Shown: positions 26,636 through 39,543 of the stretch, piece after piece
How positions within the stretch are numbered: position 1 is the stretch's first letter
Layout: every line of letters starts with the position of its first letter
Assembly: GCF_963921235.1 (NCBI RefSeq)
Contig: NC_086109.1
Coordinates: forward strand, 23,996,001 to 24,060,000
Direction of reading: 5' to 3'
DNA from: Mobula hypostoma
Lineage: Eukaryota
Length of the DNA stretch: 64,000 bases
Translations under genes and position numbers: made by a program
The notes under the pieces: model-generated
Seen by the model: the letters and a program-made list of their open reading frames with translations, nothing else
Database searches by the model: none
Told to the model about the DNA's origin: nothing

Positions 26636-29600
26636 TTGTCACTGCGAGGGATTTAAGCTTCATCAAATCCTACTTTAGATCATAGTGCCTCAGCCTTAGG
26701 TACACAGAAGCAAAAGGAAGTCATTCAGTCCCACAACCACAATCCGTCATTCAATTAAATCAGGGCTGATCTGCATCTCAATCATGTTCATCCTGCTGAG
26801 CTCCATGACCTTATCATATGCTGACCTAACAAAGCTTGCCGTATTTTCTTCGACGTCACTAAATTATTACCCACAGCAAGGTGGCCCAAAGCACGCAGAG
26901 GACTAGATTATCAAACTGTGTCTGGCAGTAGTTTCTTTTATTTGTAACAGTCTAATGATTTTAGTCAGAAGAAAAGATAAGTGTGTGTTTACATCAGTTA
27001 TTTCCACAAATCTGCCTCCTTTTATCAGTCCTAGTTATTTTTCAATCCTCTCATGTGTCGGAGAGTTGGCAAACATACAAACACTTTCCTTTGATGTCTT
27101 TTCTAACATGTTAGGAACAAAGGGATCTAATTGCAAATGAACTAATTAAAGGAAACTGGTGACGGAGCGTGAAAACAATTTGTGTGACCCTCAGCACTGC
27201 TCGCTGTTGCAGTGAGATGTTTCTGCCACTAGACAGAGGTTAACCAGCCACAGTGGCAAAGAAATTAACCATGGCGTTATGCTCAAAGCAATGGCTGTTT
27301 CCTTCAGCTGATGCTCCCTCGTCATGGGCACCTTGGGCAGCCATTCAGAACTCCCAGACTCCTTTCAGCCAAAGGCTAAAGAATGAGAAGTTAGAATACA
27401 CCTCCTATCAACCCTATACTCTGTGATTTCTACACTCTTTCAATTCTTGCTACGTTCTTCGATCTGAATTTTATTGTTCCAACATTATAAGTCATGCCTT
27501 CAGCTTCTATCCTTTTGTATTTCCCTCTCCAAATCCTTCTCCTTCTCCTCCTGTAGGGTGTTTCCTCAAGCCCACCACTTTGGCAATTTTATGCTCACCT
27601 GCTTTGGTCAGGATTTTGCCTGCCATTTCTTCTACTTAAAAATGTTCAATGTATTAAGGATGCACTTTAAATGTAAGATATTGTAATCCAAGCCTTTTAC
27701 TATTAAAAGGGAAACAAGATATATTAACATTTACAGGATCCCAGGACATCCCAAGAAGTTATGATCAATGAAGTACTTTTTGGAATCATTATTATATTGA
27801 AAACACACAGAAACTTGGTGCTCAGCAATCCACCAGAAACAGCAATAACGAATTGGTACTTGCAGTTTTGCTCATGCTGATTGAGGGTTAACAACAGAGG
27901 TAAAATAGCTGAATCTGGTTCTCTTCAAAATAGTTCTACCCAAGAATGTAGACATGGGATATAGACCAGGAAGGATACTGCTGCAGATTGCAATGTGCTA
28001 ACAGCAGTTGCAGAATTGTGTCAATGGATCGATAGCAAGATGCCTCTGTCTTGCAAAGACCCAGTTGCTTTTCCACATACAAAACTGATTGTAAGCTCTG
28101 CCAACAAAATCTCATCGCATGTACAGTATTTGATGGAGCTTTTCACATGCCTGATTGATATGGGGCTAACTCAAATTCTCCTAAAATGGGCAATGTCTAT
28201 TATAAGAAAAAAATGTGTAGCGCGGCAATGGAGCTAGTAGAGTTACTACCGCACAGATTCGTAGAACGCAGAACATTACAGCACAATGCAGCTCTTGTGC
28301 CAGACTTTTAACCTGCTCTAACCCGTTCCTACTATATAGCCCTCCATTTCTCTATCATCCATGTGCCTATCTAAGAGTTTCTTATATGCCCCTAATGTAT
28401 CTGCCGTTAATACCAATCCTGGCAGAGTGTTCTGCGTACCACCACTCTCTACATAAAGAGCCTACCTCTGACAGTCCTCCAATTGTCTTAAAGTTATGCC
28501 CCCTTGTATTAGGCATTTCTGCCCTGGGGATAAAGACTCTGACCTATGCCTTTTATCATCTTGTACACCTCTATTAAGTCACTTCTCATCCTCCAAACCT
28601 GCAAACAGAAGAGCTGTAGCTTGCTTAATCTATCTTCATAGGACATGCCCTCTAGTCTATTCAGTGACTAAGATTCAATCATAACCTCCAGTTTTGTTTG
28701 TGGAGCTTGTATGTTCTCCCCTTTATTGGTTTCCTCCAGAATTTCTGTATTCCACCTAGTTCCAAAAATGTGTTGGCCCCTTGGTTAATTGGCCACTGCA
28801 AAGTTCCCCTAGTTTGTAAGAGACTGCTACAGTTTGAAGGATGTTGATGAGAATGTGTGGAGAATAAAATGGGATTCGTACAGCATTAATAAAAATGGCT
28901 GTTCAATGGCCATGGCAGGCTCGGGACCAGAGGGCCCATTTCCATGCTGTGTCAAAGAATATCTTAATCCAGCCATTGAACTTTAAAAGAACCACCAGAT
29001 AAAAGATGTACGTTCAAGGGAGGAGACAGGGGAAGGGAGACAGCAAATTTAGAGAGGAACTTTCAGGCCTAAAGCTGAGGTGAAAAAAAAGACAAGGCTG
29101 TCAATGGTGAAGGTATGCAGAAAGCAAAATTGAAGGAAGATAGAAATCTCAGAGTTTATTTGGGACTGGAAGTGGTTACAAAAGTAGATGAGGCCAATAT
29201 GGCTTTGAAAAATAAGGAGATGAAACAATAAACTGAAACCTAATATTCAACTGGATTTCCAATAGACTTGGCACATTTATTTCTCTAACATTGCATCAAA
29301 TAAAAACTCGTTAACCTCACTCTTCCACTTTCTCAAATTGCAAATGCTTGAACTCCAAAATTTTGCTTAGAGTTTCAATTTATGAATAACATTTATTACA
29401 AAATCCTGTTTAAATCTAATCCATCTTGGCAGGAGTAGCAATGGGGGTCAATTGACATTCCTTCCAGGAAGAAAAAAAAAGTGAGAATAGAGTTTCCAGA
29501 AAGCGAATCACAAGATTAGACAGAAATTAACACTAGAAACCACAATAATCAGTGAATCATATGGGTAACTATGGAGGAGCATTCACATTGGTTTGAAAAA

Positions 29601-31957
29601 CATGCCAAACCTGTTTGGTAAGTCTGAGTGGTTCAGGCCTGCAGAGTTATATATTGAGTTAAAGTACTGCACTGAATTTAATCATAGACTATAATGAGAA
29701 AAAAACCACAAGAAGCATCTAGACTACCCACTCATAACTGTTGTGCGGTGAGCTCAGAGTATAAGCAGCAATTTGGTGGCTTCATCACAAAAGTATTTCT
29801 CCCTGTCCTCTACTCATTACCCACCTTCAAACTTTTCATAAGTCAGCCTCAGAAGACCACACTAATCTGCCAAAGCCATATCGCAAATAGTGACACGAGT
29901 AGATACAAAGATTTTACAGAGGGATATAGACAGTAAGATGCTGGTGGATGGGGTAAACGTACAGAAAGGGTTAGGGTTAATTATTCATTTCCTTTACAAA
30001 AACAGGAAAACAGAAGAGCTTCTCCATTCAGAAAGCTGGCCTGCTTTTGCAGATTTGTGTGTCTTTGTCTAGTTAACACAGAAAGGTAAAGTGAAGGTAC
30101 AACAAGCAGTTAGAGAGGCAAGTGGTACACAGTATTTTATTGAAGTGGGGTTGGAGAGAAGGACCAGCATAGTCTATTGAAACCTGGAGATCACACCTAG
30201 GGTATTGTGTATCTTTGGTCTCCTAGCCTAACGAAGAATAGAGCAGTGCAATGGAGGTTTGCTGGATAATGAAGCAATTCTACGTGCCAATATACTCTGG
30301 AATTTAGAATAATTTGAGGTGATCCCATTGAAATATATTAGAGGGTTTAACAAGTAGATTCTGGTAGGCTATTTCCTCCAGCAAAAAAAAAGATCCAGAA
30401 CTACCGGCTATAGTCTCAGGAGGAGAGGTCAGATATTCACAGTCAAGATAAAAGATTTCATTCAGTAAGTTTATGATTCTTTCGAATTCTCTACTCCAGA
30501 AGATGTGGATGGTTACTAACAATGTTCAGTGCTGAAATCAAGCGATCTTTGAAGCAGTTCAAAGTTGTTAACATAAACTAGAAGGACCACATCTTGCATC
30601 TATGGATTTTGCAATCTCCTGAAACAAACATTAAAGTTTACAACTTTTGGTAAATATTGTTTCCCATTATTATACTTATGTCCCTTGCTCTCCTCATTTC
30701 CTTAAAGTGTCTCACTGATGTTTACTGCTCATGCTCCTTATCATCTTATCCATCTCAACCAATCTCCACGTAGTCTTTAGTTTTATGACTCACACCGTCT
30801 CCCCAATTCTACTTTGAAAACTGACATCCCTCCATTGTTCCATGGTAGGGGGCATCACGATGGTGTAGCGGTTAGCGTGAGGTTATTCCAGTTTATTTCC
30901 GGCGCGGCTGTAAGGATTTTGCATGTTCTCCACATGAACCGTGTGGGTTTGATCAGGGTGCTTCACTTTCCTCTCACGGTCCAAAGGCGTATTGGTTAGT
31001 AGGTTAATTGGTCATTGTAAACTGTCCTGTGATTAAGCTAGGGGTAAGTAGGTCAGAGGCTGGGAGTTGCAGCTCGATGGGCTGGAAGGGCCTGTTCTCA
31101 TCTGTCTCTCTAAATAAATAAATCCCCTCAGCTTTGAGAAAGAGTTATTGACCCAAAGTATTAACTGTTTCTCTTTGCATAGATGCTGATTGACTGGCTG
31201 AATTCTTTCAGCACTTCTGGTTTTGTTTTAGATTCTAGTATCAGCAGATTTATTTGATTTTCTTTGTGGGGATAAGCCAGGAAAATGGAGTTGAGAACAC
31301 AGATCTGTCATAATCAAACTGAATAATGGAGTAGGCTGAGAGACGATATGGTCTAATCCTGCTCCAATTTTTTGGGTATAACCGAGGAACAAGCTGTATA
31401 GATACTGCTGGAAGAAATTAATATTGATTCATTCACTTGAAAACTTACTGAAATAAAAACATACTTTGAGTTCAATATTTTAATAGTTAAAAATATGATG
31501 TGATAAGTTTTCAAATTTAAACCACTTGACCGTAAGAGTATAATACATAGGAGTGGAATTCAGCCTTTCTACCCATCGTGCCTGTTCTAACATTCAATTA
31601 TGGTTGATTTAGTTTCCTTCTCAACCACATTCTCCCCTAACCTTTAATGCCCTTACTAATCAAGAACTTATCAACCTCCACTTTAAATATATGCAATGAC
31701 ATGGCCTCCCCAGCTGTCTCTGGCAATGAATTCACCATACTCTGACTGAAGAAATCCCTTCTCATCTCTGCTGTAAAGGGACGTCCCTCTATTCTGAGGC
31801 TTTGCTCTCGGGTCCTAGACACTCCGTTTATTTGAAAAAAAATCCTCTCCATATCCATTTGATCTAGGCCTTTCAATATTCACTAAGTTTCAAAGAGATT
31901 CCCCTTATTCTTCTAAGCCCATGAATTCATGAGTCGTCAAATACTCATCATATATTA

Positions 31958-32585
31958 GATTATTAGATTATGAGGACACACAGTCCTCTTTTATTGTCAT
32001 TTAGTAATGCATGCATTAAGAAATGATACAATATTCCTCTGGTGTGACATCACAGAAACACAGGACTGACCAACACTTAAAAACTGACAAAAACTACATA
32101 AACATATAGTTAAAACAGTGCAAGCAATAACGTAGCTTGATGAAGAACAGGCCATGAGCACGGTAAAAAAGTTCAAAGTCTCTCAAAAGTCCCACATCTC
32201 ACGCAGACAGGAGAAGGAAGAAAACTCTCCCTGCCATACCCGACCACAGTCCGACTCTGAGTCGTCCGAAAACTTCAAGCTCTAACCAGCCCTCCGACAC
32301 CGAGCACTGAGCACCATCTCTGCCGAACGTTTCGACCCCAGTCCCGGTTGCCAGCAGCAGGCAAAGCCGAGGATTTTGGGGCCTTCCCTCTGGAGATTCT
32401 CGATCGCACAGTGGCGGCGGCAGCGAACTGGGCATTTCAGAAATTACTCCAGATGTTCCTCTGTGCTCTCACGGCTGTCTCCATCAAATCAGAATTGTGC
32501 ACAGCCCCTATTTAACAAATACAATATAATTTCACCGGAGAGGCTATGTGTGCTGCGTCGCGCTGCCATCTTCTCCTCCCTCCTC
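31958..32585 (-). mobile_element. GC-rich non-autonomous retroposon, copy 2
   Basis: Reverse complement of the copy 1 architecture; candidate TSD tatta (31953-57 and 32586-90). Confidence 0.8.
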
Positions 32586-32678
32586 TATTAACCCTTCCTT
32601 TTCCAGGATTGTTCTCGTAAACCTTCTCTGGATCCTCTCTAATGTCAGCACATCCTTTCTTAGATATGGGTTTTTAAA

Positions 32679-33367
32679 GGAGGAGGAGAAGATGCCAGCG
32701 CGACGCAGCGCGTGCGGCCACTTCACTTGTGATGTCTGTTATCTGTCAAGTAGGGGACCATGCACAATTCTGATTCGATGGAGACAGACGTGAGAGTACG
32801 GAGGAACATCTGGAGAAACTTCTGAAATGCCCGCTTTGCTGCCGCTGTTACTGTGTGGTCCGGAATCTCCGGAGAAGAAGGCCCCAAATCCTTGTCTTTG
32901 CCTGATTCGGCGGCCGGGACAAGGTCGAAGGCGCTTGGTTGAGGATGGCGCTCAGGAGGCTGTATCGAAGGGGCTGGTCGGAGGCTTGAAGTTTTCGGAC
33001 GGACGATCTGATCTCAGTGTCGCCTATGGTCGGGTGCTTCCAACGCATCGGCAGTTGTCGGTGCCTGGAGGCTTATGGCAGGGAGTTTCTCCCTTTACCG
33101 CCTGCTATTGGGGACTCGAGAGTCGATCGACTCGGGACTTTGAGACTTTTTTTTTACTGTGCCCATGGTTTGTTCTTCATCAAGTTATGGTATTACTTTG
33201 CACTGCTGTAACTATATGTTATAATTATGTGGTTCTGTCAGTGTTAGTCTTTGGTTTGTCCTGTTTTTCTGTGATATCACTCTGGAGGAACATTGTATCA
33301 TTTCTTAATGCATGGATGCATTTCTAAATGACAATAAACAAGGACTGAGTGTTCTCATAATCTAATC
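32679..33367 (+). mobile_element. GC-rich non-autonomous retroposon, copy 3 (variant subfamily)
   Basis: Head ggaggaggagaagatgccagcgcgacgcagc; tail tgacaataaacaaggactgagtgttctcataatctaatc; candidate TSD taaa (32675-78 and 33368-71). Confidence 0.8.
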
Positions 33368-34611
33368 TAAATTGCTCACAATTTTCCAAATGTGGTCTGA
33401 CCAATGCTTTACAAAGCCTCAGTATTACATTCTTGCTTCTATATTCTAGTCCTCTCGAAATGAATGCTAACATTGCAGTTGCCTTCCTTACTACCAACTC
33501 AGCCTGTAAGTTAAACTTTAGAAAATCCTGTACTAAGATCCCAAATCCCTGTGCACATCTGATTTCGGAATTCACTCCCACTTTATTTAGCTTGTGCCTG
33601 TATGTGCATGACCATACATTTCCCTACACGGTACTCCATTTGCCACACTTGAGATATCCTCAAGTCAATGTTTGTTGCAGATTAACAGAGAGACATTGAT
33701 CAATATGAACAACAACTCTATTAACCTTGCATTTTGCACCTAGCAGCATAATAAAGGGTGAATTAACTGGACCTTGGATTTTTATCATCTAGGGATTCCT
33801 GAAGAGAATGTTGAAAATACAGAGATTACCTACAACTGTCAGAATGGTAACTATATTCCATTGTTTGCTGAAAACACAAAGCACAGAGCCAACATTCCAA
33901 CCGTATTCCACAGCTTCCTACCATATCCCCTACCCAGCCTTACAGAGACCAGCCCACAAGGAACAAGAATTCGTAGACTCATAGAGAAACATTAAACACA
34001 GGATATTATGGAGAAATATTAGAGAGATATGTAAAATGAGGAGGAGTATAATATTTATTCAGAGAAAAAGAAAGGGTGAGTGAAAGAATTGTCTCTCATG
34101 TGCTCCTCAACTCTTTCCTACTACTCATCTGTTAAAGGAAAATTTTACAGCAACCGATTAACCTGCCAGCACATTTTTGAGCTGTGGGAGAGAACCAAAC
34201 CGAGGTTTAAAGGGAGGCTGTGCAAACTCTGCACAATCAGAACACTGGGGTACGTTACTGGAGCTGGGATGCAGCAACCTATGCTGCCCATGCTTGCTAA
34301 TCCACACTGCTTTACTTTCCAGCAATCATTTGGTATTAAAGCTCTCATCTTTGTTTTTAAGTCACAGTGTGGGCTTTGTTAATAACATTTCCGCCATTAA
34401 AACATTCAGACACTTTACACATTATTCCATGTTCTCCTGATGCTATTTGATTGAATAGGTGAGTGGAGTATGAGCGTGTATGTACCAGTTTGTATCTGTA
34501 TGTAACCCATGTATCTTTTAGTAAGAGGATGTGTTCATATGTTTGCATACATACTTCTGCTTTCATATTTCCAAGATTATATGTGCACATTTCCTCACAT
34601 ACATATATGTA

Positions 34612-35240
34612 TGTGTAAATCTGCTGAAATCATCCAGCATATAGTATCAGGGCACAAGATGGAGGCAGGGCAGTCTACACCGAATGGCACAACCAAGTTG
34701 CAGGAATTGTGTACAGGAACATCTATGCGGGGTATGGATTGGGCACTCCCAAATCCAAATGGGAAACACCCAAGAAGATAGTGGAGAATGACAGAGCTGA
34801 GATCCTGTGGGTCTTCCACATACAGACTGATAAGCAGGTACTGGCCAACCAACCAGACATAATAATACTGGAGAAGGGACAGAAGAAAGCAATAGTAATT
34901 GATGTGACAATCACAAATGACAGGAATGTCAGGAAGAAAGAATATGAGAAGCTGGAGAAATACTAGGGCTTGAAAGAGCAGATAGAAAGGATGTGAAAGG
35001 TTAAAGCCAGAGTAATCCCAGTGGTGATAGGAGCACTTGGAGCTGTGACACCTGGACTGGGAGAGTGGCTCCAACAAATCCCGAGGACAACATGTGAGAT
35101 CGCGATCCAGAAGAGCACACTACTAGGAACAGCAAGGATACTGTGCCGAACCCTTAAACTCCCAGGACTGGTCGAGGATCCGAGATTGCGGGAAAAATAC
35201 ACATACACACCACCCATAAGAGGTGAGGGAGGAAAAATAT
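34612..35240 (+). mobile_element. R4/Dong(Rex6)-like non-LTR retrotransposon 3' end, restriction-like endonuclease domain, disrupted
   Basis: E.IQHIVSG (CCHC remnant), HNQVAGIVYRNI, ANQPDIIIL..KAIVIDV...EKLEKY, IPVVIGALGAV, IQKSTLLGTARIL; in-frame stops; ends at (AT)n. Confidence 0.85.
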
Positions 35241-37003
35241 ATATATATTTAGTTAGTTAGTTTGTTAGATGCAGAGTAGGCTCTTTGAGACAGGCTGCTC
35301 ATTGATTCTTTGATTTAACCCTACCCTAATCATGGGACAATTTTCAAAGACCAATTAACTGGATAGGGGATACATCTTTGGATTGTGGGAGGAAACCAGA
35401 ACACCCAGAAGAAACCTGCATGGTCACATAAAAACTCCTTACAGGCAGTGGCAGGAATTGAACTGGGGTCACCGGTAATGTAAAGCGTTCTGTTAACCAC
35501 CATGCTACATATGCAAGGTATCTCTCCAAATGGATTATATGTATGCATATACAGTACGTGCGTAATTGTTTATACATAAGGAGCCATGATTGTATAAACT
35601 TGTGTTTGAATATGTGCATTTGTGTGTGCACGTGTGTCTATGTACCTATGCTTACTTCGCTATTCAGCCTTTGCTTTGTTCCACTCTTAATGCCTTCTAC
35701 TTCAATATTTTTTTCTATTTTTGACAAATCGCCAAGCCTGCAACATTGAACTGTCTGCTTCTCGTTACTATTAATATTTGATCCACTGAGGGTTTCCGGC
35801 ATTTTGCTTGCTTTATTTATGAAAACAACAGTTTATAAAATTCCTGAGAAATACTTCAGCAATTTATTTTATGCTCAATGGCCTTATGTTCTACCTTACT
35901 GATACCATACCTGCTCCTTTGAAGTTCCTCCTTGGTATTCAATGGGTTAAATGAAAGAGGATCAAGATGGGATTTTTTTTCTAAATCCCATCCCACTCCA
36001 GGATGAAGTGAGATCCTGTAAATCAGATACCACAGGAGGTGTCTGTGGGAGAAAGCCTGCATTATAGTTAAATGTTGTATCCAATTATTGTCTCCCCTGG
36101 TACCTGTGTCCCCATTACCACTCCCCTGTGTCTGCCTAAATCACTTCACTAATGAGGTCAGTACCTGAGAGCGCTTACTGGTAGAGATACTGTTAACAGA
36201 TCGACTGTTTGCACATCTCAGCTAATTGGCTAAATAAAATTCTACAATTATGCACCAGGCCATAAAACACCAACTCAACAATGCAGCTAATAGAAAGAAT
36301 GCAATGACTGACACCTTGTAGAGTACTTCTGAGAATACTTAGATACGATCAGATTGCTTTGCTCTGTTCCAAGGGGACAGTTTTCTCTATTTGTGATCTT
36401 AAAAAAATAAAGGCATGATAATAAATTGTTAAAGTAAATGATAATGCCTAAAATAAAACTACATCATATTTACAACATGTGATTAGGCCATTTGGCCCAG
36501 AAGGCCCATTCTATTTTGTTCCACTTGACTTCATTTTCAGTCTCTTTTCATCATAGCCTGTTTCTTTCTCCTTCATATGTTTGAGTGGCTTGTCTTCAGC
36601 TACCTTTAAAATAATCGCTTCTGTGGTAAATTCCACATTTAACCTAACCATTGGGAAATAATACAGACAAAATGTTCTGGGAGTACTCCGCGGATGTCTA
36701 GACCACACCTGTGGGAAGAGAGACAGAGGTTTCAGGTCGATGACCTTTGGAGTATGTGACCTGGGGGGCAATATCATTCGCGGGGGCCTGATTCTCTTGT
36801 CCTTTTTGAATATACCCATCTGGGAGGTGCTGCTATGGACAGGCCTGCATTCCTTTCTGTGGACACTGCAGTCACGGGATATCGGTCCACATCGCTACTC
36901 TTCAACGTATATGAAAGAGATCTAAATGTTCATTTCATTCACTCCTGATGTGCGGTAACTGCAGCGGCATAATCCTATCTAAAATAAGGGAGGTGGGAGG
37001 GGA

Positions 37004-37806
37004 GACAATAGACAGTAGGTGCAGGAGTAGGCCATTCGGCCCTTCGAGCCAGCACCGCCATTCACTGTGATCATGGCTGATCAGCCACAATCAGTACCCT
37101 GTTCCTGCCTTCTCCCCATATCCCTTGACTCCGCTATCTCTAAGAGCTCTATCTAACTCTTTCTTGAAAGAATCCAGAGAATTGGCCTCCACTGCCTTCT
37201 GAGGCAGAGCATTCCACAGATCCACAACCCTCTGTGTGAAAAAGTTTTTCCTCAACTCCGTTCGAAATGGTCTACCCCTTATTCTTAAACTGTAGCCTCT
37301 GGTTCTGGACTCCCCCAGCATCGGGAACATGTTTCCTGCCTCTAGTGTGTCCAGTCCCTTAATAATCTTATATGTTTCAATCAGATCCCCTCTCATCCTT
37401 CTAAATTCCAGTGTATACAAGCCCAGCCGCTCCAATCTTTCAACATATGACATCCCTGCCATCCCTGGAATTAACCCAGTGAACCTACACTGCACTCCCT
37501 CCATAGCAAGAATGTCCTTCCTCAAATTTGGAGATGAAAACTGCACACAATACTCCAGGTGAGGTCTCACCAGGGCCTTGTACAACTGCAGGAGGACCTC
37601 TTTGCTCCTATACTCAACTCCCCTTGTTATGGAGGCCAACATGCCATTGGCTTTCTTCACTGCCTGCTGTACCTGTATGCCTACTTTCAGTGACTGATGA
37701 ACAAGGACACCCAGATCTCGTTGTACTTCCTCTTTTCCTAACTTGACACCATTCAGATAGTAATCTGCCTTCCTGTTCTTGCCACCAAAGTGGATAACCT
37801 CACATC
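37004..37806 (-). mobile_element. Young 5'-truncated CR1 LINE (ORF2 C-terminus, 189 aa open, plus 3' UTR)
   Basis: KKANGMLA...LYKALVRPHLEYCVQF...RRMRGDLIETYKIIKG...KNFFTQRVV; ctattgtc-type tail. Confidence 0.95.
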
Positions 37807-37926
37807 CGGCATAGTTTGCATATTGTTGTTTGGTTGTTTGTGGTTTTGTATTGCTATATTTATGCTCTATTCTTGGTTGGTGCAGCTATAACGAAACCCA
37901 ATTTCCCTCGGGATCAATAAAGTATG

Positions 37927-37973
<47 letters not shown>

Positions 37974-37988
37974 GTGTATCTATCTATT
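37927..37988. repeat. (TATC)n microsatellite
   Basis: Seen directly; it appears to be the tail of a short LINE-type 3' fragment (~37807-37926). Confidence 0.95.
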
Positions 37989-38745
37989 TATCCAGAGGAG
38001 GTGAGATGCACATTCTGTGGCAATGTAGTGCTTGTAATTTTAAAAAGTACAGGATGAGGGGGAGTGTGATGTGAGGAAGAGGATTAAGATTGAAGGCATC
38101 TTGGTCTTCAGCCCCATTGCAGGTCAAGAAGTTAGCAACTGCAATTCTAATAATTGCCAGCACCACCTCCTCCATTGGGGTTTGGAAATACAGCTCCTTC
38201 TGTCTCTTCAGTTACCGTCAGCTGCCCAGTTTATGCAATTTGTCCTGCAGGAGTGAGGAAAGCGTGTCAGTGGGTGTTGTTCCGTGAGTTTGGATGCTGT
38301 AGCAATGATCATCAAACAGATAGCACGGCGTGTGGAAATGAGACTTAGAACAGTTCTAAGTGTGGGAGTATCGGAGTGTTAGGAATAAGCCCTGACTGAC
38401 ATAATAGTTGTAGATGAGAGATAGCGGTATGGTGAATTGAACAGGTGTCTAAGGCAGGTGGTGCTTTTAGCAGAATATGTTAAATTTTCAGTGCAGGCTT
38501 TCAGCAGTGGTGAAACAGCTCACACAGGCCATTGGACTGCGGGTGATACGCTGTGGTGTGATGCAATTTAGCACTGAGGTTCTGGCCAGAGGTCTGATGT
38601 GAATTGGGGACCGTGGCTGGAAGAAATATCAGATGGGGTGCCAAACCAAGTGACCCAGGTGCGAATGAACACCCGAGCCATGTCTGCAGCCATCGTCGAC
38701 ACCAGAGGAGAACCTCTGACCTACAGTCCACCATGGTTAGGAGAT

Positions 38746-39543
38746 AGAAACATAGAAACATAGAAAATAGGTGCAGGAGTAGGCCATTCGGCCCTTCGAG
38801 CCTGCACCGCCATTTATTATGATCATGGCTGATCATCCAACTCAGAACCCCGCCCCAGCCTTCCCTCCATACCCCCTGACCCCCGTAGCCACAAGGGCCA
38901 TATCTAACTCCCTCTTAAATATAGCCAATGAACTGGCCTCAACTGTTTCCTGTGGCAGAGAATTCCACAGATTCACCACTCTCTGTGTGAAGAAGTTTTT
39001 CCTAATCTCGGTCCTAAAAGGCTTCCCCTCTATCCTCAAACTGTGGCCCCTCGTTCTGGACTTCCCCAACATCGGGAACAATCTTCCTGCATCTAGCCTG
39101 TCCAATCCCTTTAGGATCTTATACGTTTCAATCAGATCCCCCCCTCAATCTTCTAAATTCCAACGAGTACAAGCCCAGTTCATCCAGTCTTTCTTCATAT
39201 GAAAGTCCTGCCATCCCAGGAATCAATTTGGTGAACCTTCTTTGTACTCCCTCTATGGCAAGGATGTCTTTCCTCAGATTAGGGGACCAAAACTGCACAC
39301 AGTACTCCAGGTGTGGTCTCACCAAGGCCTTGTACAACTGCAGTAGTACCTCTCTGCTCCTGTACTCGAATCCCCTCGCTATAAATGCCAGCATACCATT
39401 CGCCTTTTTCACCGCCTGCTGTACCTGCATGCCCACTTTCAATGACTGGTGTATAATGACACCCAGGTCTCGTTGCACCTCCCCTTTTCCTAATCAGCCA
39501 CCATTCAGATAATAATCTGTTTTCCTATTTTTGCCACCAAAGT
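38746..39543 (-). mobile_element. Young 5'-truncated CR1 nested in the Gypsy integrase
   Basis: QRDLGVIIHQSLKVGMQVQQAVKKANGMLAFIARG...; (tttctatg)n tail; TSD ggagat at 38740-45 and 39544-49. Confidence 0.95.

Larger units (their letters stand above)
31540..33660 (-). mobile_element. CR1 LINE 3' fragment split by two nested insertions
   Basis: The minus-strand peptides ALVRPHLENCEQF | PYLRKDVLTLERIQRRFTRTI | KGLDQMDMERIF are collinear once the inserts are removed. Confidence 0.85.

Noticed and set aside
32827..33327. 166 aa ORF
   Set aside because: It lies inside a GC-rich repeat, has no recognisable domain, and is not preserved as an equivalent ORF in the sibling copies.
34595..35077. 160 aa minus-strand ORF
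   Set aside because: It is the antisense shadow of the R4-like endonuclease fragment.
37091..37660. 189 aa ORF as a host gene
   Set aside because: It is the C-terminus of CR1 ORF2 in a 5'-truncated copy.
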